From Dicyema japonicum (Eukaryota; Animalia; Dicyemida), in assembly GCA_011109175.1 (NCBI GenBank), contig RDEW01000015.1, positions 390,310-454,309 of the forward strand: DNA of 64,000 bases. Direction: 5' to 3'. Numbering within the stretch: position 1 is the stretch's first letter; every line of letters starts with the position of its first letter. Positions 54,470-64,000 of the stretch are shown here, piece after piece. The position numbers and the translations under genes are program-made. The notes under the pieces are model-generated. The model saw nothing but the letters and a program-made list of their open reading frames with translations, did no database searches and had not been told where the DNA came from.

Positions 54470-54780
54470 AATTATTCCAAAGATCAAGGGTAAAACCTAA
54501 CTAATTAATTCCTTGATCCTGACGCGATCTAGCAGAACCCTCACCCAAGCACTGTGATCCAGAAAGCGTCGTCCGAGGAGTTGATATCAATTCCAGAACT
54601 TATCGTCATGAGCTAAATTGTCTCCAGGTGTGATTCCGTTCACCTCCACGATCCAGGAACATCGATTCTAAAGTTATGGGAATCCTCAAGAGAGCGCTTC
54701 ACGACCACCTTAATGGCGGCATGCCTCGGGAATCGACCACTGCTGCGTCGACGAGAAGGGGGTGAAGCCCATTGCAATTC
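54470..54780 (-). mobile_element. SINE-like element sharing its 3' tail with 12200-12382 but with a different structured head
   Basis: TTATTCCAAAGA.CAAGGGTAA...CCTTGATCCTGAC is shared. The head has GCTTCAC/GTGAAGC and GCCGCC/GGTGGT stems. Confidence 0.6.
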
Positions 54781-55403
54781 AAAATAAAAATTTTAATGCC
54801 CAGACTGCACATAATAAATTTAATTATTGAAGATAAGATCAATTCAAGTCAATTTTCTACCTTGTCTAAATCGAGGGATCACTCCCACGAAAGATGCCAA
54901 AAAATATTATACACATGACTAAATAAGCAAAATATCTTGAAAAATTTAAATATGAACAAAAAACTAATCAAAAACTTTATTAAAATATAGAAAAATGTAA
55001 TTCAAAACGTTATCAGGTAAAAATTTCGGTCTTTAGATAATAATTTTAACAAAAAAACGAGTTTTATTTTCACGGGTTTTTGAATATGCTTGCTGCGTCT
55101 TCTACTGTGAAGTACGTTTTTTCTGTCATTATCAATTTATAAACCAATATTGAATATATCTGATAAATTGCTTCGTAGTTCATTTTGATAGATTACTTCC
55201 GAGCATCTTTTGATTAAAATTCCATTTTCATCAAAATTATAGTTATTTTTTACCTCATTAAAATTTTACAATAATATTCAACAACTTCAGTACAACTCCC
55301 CAGAATTATTTTTGGGTAGATAGCAAATTTCAATAATTTTTTTTGTTATTTTATCAAAAATAAGATCAACGCCTTTAAAACATCCTCTAATTTTATTCAT
55401 GTG

Positions 55404-58400
55404 CAGTAAACCCCCATTAATCCGAATTTTTCGATGAGTCAGCAAAATTTTACAAAAATTCAATTCAAACAGGCTTCTATATCCGAAACTTCATAGTCCG
55501 AAAGACATTTATTAAAAATTTCGGATTAATCTATTTTGCTTTTTTGTAAATTTAAATTAATTTACAGTTTAAAATCTACTTTACTCAATATTATTCAATC
55601 TATTCATGGCGGAGCTCCCAACACCGGACGCTGAAGATGTATTATTCTGACTTATGCCGACGACATCTAACAATACCACATGGTTAGAAAAAGGACGGAT
55701 ATTTCTATTGCACAGAAAAAAGATTTGTGAAATAAAAATACATCAAAAATGACTCTCAGAGAAATAGCCCACGTTTGTGATATAAAAATGAACTTTTATT
55801 TTAATTTCGACACTTTCAGAAATTCTTAAAAATTGTGAATAATGTGAAAACTGTGAAGCTATGATTAACAGGTAAAGACAGTGGTAAACATCATCAACTT
55901 GATAATTCACTTGTTGAAGGATGGATGAAATTAAATGCTCATCATTTCAAAAGCTAAGGTATTCGGTGAAAAGCTTGGAATCAATGATCTTGAATTTAGT
56001 AAAGACTACACAGATTTAAAGGAAAATTTAATCTTTAATCTTAAACTGCTTAGCAAAAGATGAAATTAATTTGAATAGACAAAATATGATTGATAAGTTA
56101 AATTAAGTTGGATGTGGCTGTGTAATAAAAAGAACTGGAATAACTTGCTAATGAGGAAGAAATAACTCAAACAGAAACGCTCTACGAGAACGAAATCGTA
56201 ACACTATTTTTATGAAGATTATAATATCGACGAGGAAATTATTGATGCTGAAAATGAAGAGAACGATGGAGAATTTTCACCAATACAATTATTAAATGCA
56301 ATTAACATTATCGAAGAAAGTACAAAATTAATAAAGAAGTGTTAATTCAAATGAATAAAAGACAGACAACGATTTATAATTTCATTAAACAAAAATTTTT
56401 TTAACAATTAAACAAATGTCAGTTGAGGAAGCCTGCTGCGTGGATTGCGAACGAGTTCCCTCGGAGTATGGCTATTCCTATCTTTTGTCTTAGCCATAAC
56501 CCTTCTCGTTGATCCCTTTTCTTTCCGTTGATGGGACGCAACTTGCATAGACACGTTCTCAAGCACGAACATTTTTAAATCGGTTCAGACACCTGGAGCA
56601 GCTGCTTCGACTGCGGAAAACCTAAAAATCAAGAAATATTCTTGCCTCGGGGATCGCTACCGATTTACTCCTGTTGCGACCGAATCATCGGGAGCCGTTG
56701 GTCCAATGACGGCTGAATTCTTGCAAGAACTCGGAGGATTGCTTGCCAGAAATTTCATTAAATAAAACATAATTTGTTGATTTCAAATATTTTATTGCAC
56801 TTTTTATTCTAATAATTTATACTCTGTGTTTATTGATATTTTACTAAGGACCCAGTTTGCCTTAATTCTTGCAATATAAAGAAAATTAATAATTTCCTAT
56901 GGACAATTCTCGAATCCGCTCTTTATTATTATTATTATAAAGCACAACGTCTAGCCATTGGAAATGACAAAACCAGTGCAGTACCAAACATTAATTTTTT
57001 AGTTAATTTTCTCCACTTTCCACGATCCAGAGCCAAATCCCTTAAGTAATCCTGATCATCTCCCGTAGTTAGAGATAATCCTATTCTCTTCAGGTCTTCA
57101 TTCAGTGTCGTGGCCAGTGATGCTCTCGGACGTCCTCGGAACTTCACCTCCTCGGTTTGAAAGTATTCCTCCATGGCAACATTAGCTGGAGTTTCGATAT
57201 TTCCCCGTAGGATGTGTCCAAATAGGCTCCAACGAAATTCCATGATGTCTAGTGAAATCGGTTTAGAAGACGTAAAAAAGTATAGTTCTCGACCTCTTGT
57301 TCTCATTCGGTCCCAGCACTAATGAATCTTCCGTAGTTGTCCCCGATGGAAGGAGTTTAGTTTTTCAATGTCATTTAGGGTTAATGATTAAGAACTTGCA
57401 TTATATAGGAGTATTGGTTTGACTAACGAATTGTATAGTCGAGTTCTGATCTCTCGATTCAAGCCCTTCTTTCTTAGAAACAAATTTCTTCTCAAGTTGT
57501 ATAAGGCCGTATTTGCTTTAATCTTCCGTGCAATGATGTCTTCTTTATCTCCAAGCAGGGATCCCAGCTTTTTAACCTTTCGCCAATGCTCTTCCAGAAT
57601 AGATTCCTTCTTCATCAAAGTTGTCAGCTTTGTCTTGTCTTTGTTGATATTTAGTGACCATTTTTCGAATACCGTCTCGAGTAATCCCAATAGGGCCTCC
57701 CCATTTTGCGAGACGAAGTCCACATCATCTGCATAAGCTAGGATGCTAGTTCTCCTCCACAATAAAAGGCTTGAGATCCCGTAGCGCAGACTCAAGATTT
57801 GCAACAAAGAGGAGAGGAGACAATGGATCTCCTTGTGGAGTCCCAGTATTTGTCGAAAATGGCATGGCTTGAGTATTTCCAATTTTTACAGTTAGTTGTG
57901 TTTCAGCCAGTAGTGCCCTAATCATCGAAACTGACGAGGCGTCGAATAGACCCGTGATAGATTCCAATAGTTTACAACGGTTAACTGAATCAAACGCTTT
58001 CGATATGTCAATCCCAAGGATCCCAAAAGATGTTCTAAATCTTTGAATGGTTGAACACCTCCATTTTAGGCTCCATAAGACGTCTGCCGTTGATCTCCCC
58101 TCGCGGAATCCACTATGGTATGGTGAAAGATAGGCTTCCAAATTCTCTCTTACACGTTCGAGAGTGATAATAGCCAGGATCTTCCTGATAACATTCATTA
58201 GGATGATCGGTCTCAAGTTTGTTACTTTTCCTTTCGGCTTATTTGGTTTGGGAACCGGAATCAAATAACCCTCTCCAATGGGTAACAACACACGTTCTTC
58301 AAACATTTTGTTCATGATCAACGCAATGATTTCGTAGAGGTAGTCACCGCCGTGTTTGAATAGTTCAGGACGTAGTCCATCCGGGCCCGCACTTTTATCA

Positions 58401-58914
58401 GGTTTCAGCCTTTCACATGCTAATTTCACCTCATAAGGTGCAATTTTCATTCCCAGTTCACCGGATCCACAAATGAATGCCGAAATCACATTCTGAGTCG
58501 TATTTAGCCCCGACCTGAAGTGATCAGTAACCAACTCGGCAATCTCAGATGGGTTCATTATTCGTCTTCCATTTTGGTCGTATAATATAGGGGTACTCTT
58601 CTTATTGTGACATTTAAGTAGCCTAACGGCTTCGTAGTATCCCCTGTTACCATTTAGCCCTTCCAGGTGCTCTAATTTGTTTAAGGCATCACATCTAGTA
58701 GCAGTCCTCACAGCTTTCTTTATTGACTTATGTATTCTTGCTTTTTCTTTCCCGAGTTCATCTATTGTAAATTTATTCATAGTTTATTAATATGGAAAAT
58801 TTATTAATTTAATTGTTAACTTACAATTAAATACAATTAAATTAATATTTTTATTACCTTCACAATCCGAATGGCACCCAAATTTTTTTTGTTCGGATTA
58901 ATGAGGGCTTACTG
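55404..58914 (+). mobile_element. pogo/Tigger-like element with nested CRE and RTE
   Basis: TIRs CAGTAAACCCCCATTAATCCGAA / TTCGGATTAATGAGGGCTTACTG-TA, with CENP-B-like HTH remnants at 55680-56040. Confidence 0.75.
56920..58770 (-). mobile_element. RTE-clade LINE, RT largely intact, 5'-truncated
   Basis: The 344-aa ORF has KSAGPDG, LRPIILMN, GFREGRST, DISKAFD and PQGDPLSP. It is followed by AYADD and a (TAA)n tail. Confidence 0.92.
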
Positions 58915-59004
58915 TATTTTTATATTCACATATATCGATTTCGTAGATCAAACAAATTTTTCCAACTCTATAATAAATGAATGTAAAAACTCTAAAAAAA
59001 GCTT

Positions 59005-59175
59005 CAATCTGCGGGCAGAGCACCCCGTCATGCTGCTATGAACAACATTGTCTTGCGAGCTCTTGAAGCGGCAGGCTTCCCGGCAGTACTGGAACCTGTG
59101 GGATTGGATCGCGGAGATGGGAAAAGACCGGATGGGTTAACTATCTTTCCGTTCACTGAGGGAAAATCGCTCGTA
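59005..59175 (+). mobile_element. CRE-clade restriction-like endonuclease fragment
   Basis: Translates [13 protein letters not shown]...[16 protein letters not shown] related fragment lies at 56420-56750. Confidence 0.8.
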
Positions 59176-59362
59176 TCAGGAGGAGCATACAAGAAAGCAG
59201 AAAACTTCAACCAATTAACCACGCAACACCACATGGCGCCACACGGCTAATCACATGTCAAACTACATCTATATAAAAATCGTGATCATATGCAAATAAT
59301 AATAGTTATTAATTTAAAAATTATATTTTTCAAAAAACCAATTCAATTTAAATTAGTTCAAC

Positions 59363-59690
59363 AGCATGGGTGGCTTAGTGGTTAGGTGTCGGGCTAAAGT
59401 GACTTAGGTTACGGGTTCGAATCTCGCTGCTGTTCACCTGGTGGAAGGTTCCACGCATCTACGATGCTAAAAAGGCTTGACGAGTGACGCCGTCATCAGT
59501 GGACTCTCACTGCGGAACTGGATTGTCTAGAAAGGACCCACACACAAGAAAAAGAAAAAAAAGAAGTGAAGATCATTCCTTGGTTCTACGATTAGTTAAA
59601 ATTAACTGTTCTTTACTTAAATAAAGTGTGTGTCCTGCCTATGCGGAGCTAATACCACGGCTTCGTGAAAAAGGCTGTTATTATATTATA
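59363..59690 (+). mobile_element. tRNA-derived SINE with RTE-type 3' tail, full length
   Basis: A box TGGCTTAGTGG and B box GGTTCGAATC are present. The tail ATGCGGAGCTA...GGCTTCGTGAAA matches the RTE end at 15060-15110. Confidence 0.9.
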
Positions 59691-61457
59691 TTGATATGGA
59701 TGAAGCTATGTTTGGCTTATGCAATGCAACTACAGCAAATACCACTTTCTGATAACACAGAAGAATTGATGACATATCTGAGGATCTTTGTGATCAGTTG
59801 GTTGACTATCAATAATAAATTAGCTATACAAGTTGATGATGGGACTGACAAAAATAAAGATGAAAGTTTTGTTGTAATTTGTTACCTCATATTTACTTGA
59901 TTTTCTGCACTAGAAAAAAAACTAGATGCAATAAAATTCTAAATATCGAACTCATTTATTGTGCATAATGCAAATATGAAAAAGTGAGCTACAAATAGCA
60001 CTCCTCAATGACACCGAGATTTTAAAAACTGTGTCAAGAATAAAAAATTATCTCACTAACTTTTTTGTGTTAAATAATTGTTTCTGCTTAAAATAATACA
60101 TGTATTATATCATGGACATAAAGGGAGGTGCAAGATTGTATATTTTTCTAAGGGAGGCGTGTAAAAATGTTTGAATCCTTTTGACTATAAGATGGTCCGT
60201 AACTGTATGGAAATTCGACTAAGGAAATCCTGTTCGATGTCAATAGCTCAAGGAACTTCGACTAAGTTGGGAGAAAAAAAAAATAAATACAAATAATTTC
60301 CCCAATATTTGCGTAAAGTCCCGTCGTAGGTGGATTTCATTAATATTCCATATTATTGATAAATATTTAACCAAATTGGGATTAAAAAATTAATAACATA
60401 GGCTATAATCCTAATTCTTGTCCACATTAGTCAATTACACATTTTACAACCTAATCCTGTGGCCACGTGTATCCAATGTTTCTTTAGTTTGTTGCTTAGT
60501 CCATATCCAATGAAGAGAAGCTATGTAAATCAATAAATAGCCCACATAACTATTATTTGAATTTATACTAGAGTGGTTTACTTAGGTAAATACAAACTAT
60601 CAGAAACTCGCTAAATCCTCCTCATTCTAACATAACTTCTGTAATTCTTTCCACTCTGTTCAAATTGTGTAATTCAATGACGCATGGAGATCAACAAAGG
60701 AAGTTTGTCGACCACAAAGACTATGCACTATTCAGTGACATTTTTAAATATGTGATAATTATTCCACGATGGGGATAGTGAGAATAAAATGCTTTTTGGA
60801 TATCAAAAGTCCAATATTTTTCATCCCCATCATGAATTCTGAATCCAGAAGTTACACCTCTATCCTCAGATTATTGGCGGTAACTGAAAATCGCAGATTG
60901 TGGAAGAATTACTAGGTAGGGAGAATCTGATTACTTGGACAAGTGTCACTAAACATGATTAATTAGAATTATTAATAATTTTGAATTTTGAATATTAAGT
61001 GAATTTTCTAAGAGAAATCATCCCCTCTCTTCTCGATCACTGGGAAGAGTTTCCCCGACTTTATCAAGTCTAAATAGTCTGTCTTACCACCATCTTTCAC
61101 TTGTTCCTAGGTTAGCTGATACGGAAATATTACTCAATTTCCATCTTGGACCGAGATTAATACACCTTAGTCAGTGAGATCAATTCGCCCCCAAACACGG
61201 GAATATGCGAGCCGGGTATAATTGACAGTCTGTGCCCACTTAATTGTGATTACAACATGTGAATACAAATTGATTAAATAAAATCGATAATATTGACAAT
61301 CCAACAGATGAATAATATACAGGAATTAATGTCATTCCTGATAAACCAAAAAATACCCAAAATTAGAATATTTCGATTTCACTGCCAGATGGACATTATA
61401 TTGAACAGTGAAACACGTCAGAATAGTAAATTTACTTAAATAACCAAAGAAAGTAAT

Positions 61458-62492
61458 CTAAACTATTTTTTCTCTATAGAGGTCTTCAATTTAAGCAGTA
61501 TTTGGTCAGACGACTCCATCATCACGTCGTTGGAGACGGACAAACCCTGAAACTCAGGGCATTCCTAAAATAACATAACCCGCTGTTGAACTTACATAAT
61601 TTGGAGGAGGGGGAGAAGGACTTTTTTGGGTTTGTGAGTAAATTTCGTGCCAAAGCTGGTAAAATTCATCGGAAGTAGAGGAGGGGCTGAGGTTCCAAGG
61701 TTTGTCGGGACCAGCAAAGTGAATTGTCTTCAAATTATCATAATTTCTAATATAAACTGTAACTACTTTCTTAGAGCCGGAAGATAACTGTAAATGGAGA
61801 AAGCTGGGGTGTTGTATATGAAAGGAATCCTCTTCTCATTGCTAAGGGACCAACCGCTAAAGAACGAGTTTAGAAGTCCCTGATCAGCCCCTACGAATGA
61901 AATGCTTTGTTTACCATCAAAACTTCCAACTTTAAGAGCAAAGGCAGTGAGCTCATCGAACCTTTCAAGGGAAGGCTTGAATACAAAGAGTCCGCTGTTA
62001 AAGTAGTCAGGCCAACCGACGTCAGGAGACGCACTCAGTTCGTCATAGTCAAATAAGTCATCAATTGGCTTTAGAACCTTAAATAGCCAATTTAGAATCA
62101 ACCAAAATGTCCGAATCGAGAAAGACACATTTTTCAAATTCGACAAGTTTCCATGAATATAACTTCGAAAAAGTGACTCCGAGTTCGGGCCTTCTCAGCA
62201 GGGCTAAATTTTCCGAGTCTTGGCTCTCCATTTCTTCAATTACTACTATCCTGTCGTAAAGACTCCTTAGAGAACAGCTAATTTGCTAAAATTACACTTA
62301 CACGAAATTGTCGGAAACAGTTTTAGAAATCATCACGACCAAGTTTTTTGTGGTTTGAACATTTCTTAGTGATTGTCCTAAGGCCATGGCTCCCATTGCG
62401 TAAGAGTCAGTGGTCGCGAGAGTGACATAAGCCTCTAAATAATAAAATCACAGGATTTAGCGGATAGAACTAAAAACGGTACAAATACCCAT
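61458..62492 (-). CDS. GYG1: Glycogenin
   Basis: Contains AYVTLATTDSY, RPELGVTFSKL, KCVFLDSD, SPDVGWPDYFNSG, GSFDG|ADQGLLN and HFAGPDKPW. The 3' end is uncertain. Confidence 0.92.
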
Positions 62493-62644
62493 TTTTAAGT
62501 AATGAATGTAATAAATCTGTTAATCTTTTAGGTTAACCAGTGAAAAAATAGATTATTCAAAATTATATTTAAATTAGATAATTAAATTTAATTTAGCATA
62601 AATATTTAATTATTTTATCCACTGCTTAAATTTTCTGCTACACA

Positions 62645-62813
62645 ATCTCATTGTAATATGACTAGATTTGGTCCAGGATTTTCCTCGACATCTCCACAGG
62701 AAAAGAGTAGGATTCGACATCATCGCGCGTCCATGGTTGCGCATAAGAGTTTGCAACTCTTTTCCAACACTTCAAGTGAGCGATGCCACCACGTAGGCGA
62801 GTAACACGACATG
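62645..62813 (-). mobile_element. Vingi-type 5' head with canonical 2A and start of APE
   Basis: Translates LLFSCGDVEENPGP-NLVILQ (2A core 62669-62695). The head reads ATGTC..ACTC GCC TACGT GGT GGCAT...GAGT. Confidence 0.8.
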
Positions 62814-63544
62814 TTTTTTGAATATTTAGATTATTAATTAATCTCTCATTGTGGTGTCCATTCATTTCCTTTACAAATGCCATGAAAATCGAAGCTAGTA
62901 AGAAAAGGGAATTCAAAATTACTCAGCGATGGACATCTGGAAAAGACACTCTCAATCATTTCTAGATGCGTGCTTGTATGGGTTCGAGGGAGCAACATCT
63001 GGCCAGGATGATTCCTCTTTTGGAGTGTGTCGGAATCACGTAGTAGTTAGTTTAGCTTTACCCAGGCCTTTGGAATTTTCATTTATCATCACAATATCTA
63101 TAAATTCCATAAATTTATCAAAAATATGGTTTATATCAAATTTTTAGTGTCGAGCAGTTTATTTTTTGAATTATTTTTGTCATTTAGGTCAAGGTTGAAG
63201 AACTACTAAGGTTCTGCTCGCTAAGTGCTCCTTTCCTGCTCTCTTCTATACAAATTGACTGAGGATTTGTACGACACGCTATTTTAGGCTAGAAATACAT
63301 GATATATGGCAGTAATTATGATTTTTAAATTTTTTCTTAAAGATGTGTTTTGTGGGTTTATACTTTATTTGTGGCTAATTGATTAATCATTCCTCAATTC
63401 GTGCAATCCCTCTTTACCTCGCATTTAAGCCATGGAAACAGAAAACAGTGGAAAACCAACAATCTTGGTGATCCAGTCTCTATGACTGATTGGGATTTCC
63501 CACGTGTTTCATAATCTCTAGTTGTTTAATTTTATTTTTAAAAT

Positions 63545-64000
63545 AAGCTGGAAAATTGAGGAATCCGCCCCATTGCGGTCGGAACTATTTCAGAAGACTT
63601 GCAGCAAAGGTAGCATCGACCCTGGTGAGCCGACAACTCGGAGAGGAGTTCTTTCCTAAACAAATGGGTGTTAGTATCCAGAACGGATGTGAAGCTGCGG
63701 TTCATGCAGCAAGGCGTTTCTTCAAAGAGAAATATTTCAAATGAATGCATTGGAATCAAGTTGGACATAAAGAATGCATTCTATTCTCTCAAAAGAGATA
63801 TAATTATGGAAACGTGTTGGAAGAGGACTCCAAAGCTTTTCCCTATGGAGAGATACGTCTCTGGTTTTTGAAAATGAAATTATTAAATCAAAAACGGGGG
63901 TCCAACAAGGAGATCCGCTTGGACCTCTTTTATTTGCACTGACCATTGATGATGTTGTGAGATCAATTGATGCACAGCTAATCTCGAGTTCTTGCGCGAA
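63545..64000 (+). mobile_element. CRE-clade reverse transcriptase fragment, running off the window
   Basis: Contains PIAVG, FRRLAAK, QMGV...GCEAAVHA, KLDIKNAF and GVQQGDPLGP. Confidence 0.85.

Noticed and set aside
59363-59435. Functional tRNA gene
   Set aside because: The anticodon stem does not pair, and the sequence continues into a multi-copy SINE body; the sister copy at 24492 has a TSD.

Overview
This is AT-rich eukaryotic nuclear DNA read in the standard code, not prokaryotic DNA. Compact host genes are broken by tiny spliceosomal introns (mostly about 21-27 nt) and sit as islands among nested, decayed transposons. The recognisable host genes are SH3BGRL, an IQSEC/BRAG-like Sec7-PH gene, a LIN-66-like gene, ATE1, ALG2, CFAP46, a type I PIP5K and glycogenin. 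Animal-type genes, a motile-cilium gene and miniature introns together suggest a dicyemid-like mesozoan (inference). Mobile DNA includes RTE, CRE and Ingi/Vingi-type non-LTR elements, pogo/Tigger, hAT/Buster, MULE and a Ginger-like integrase, plus two SINE systems. Three signals stand out. (1) About 11 diverged copies of an HDV-ribozyme-topology pseudoknot head Vingi-like LINEs and their SINEs; the stems covary but the core is non-canonical. (2) In two LINE lineages an AUG inside that pseudoknot is in frame with a 2A StopGo motif and the APE endonuclease, so the structured head appears to be translated as a disposable leader. (3) The palindrome CACGTG is strongly over-represented in host genes. 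Several 1-nt homopolymer deletions in conserved genes point to long-read assembly errors. All counts and alignments were done by eye.
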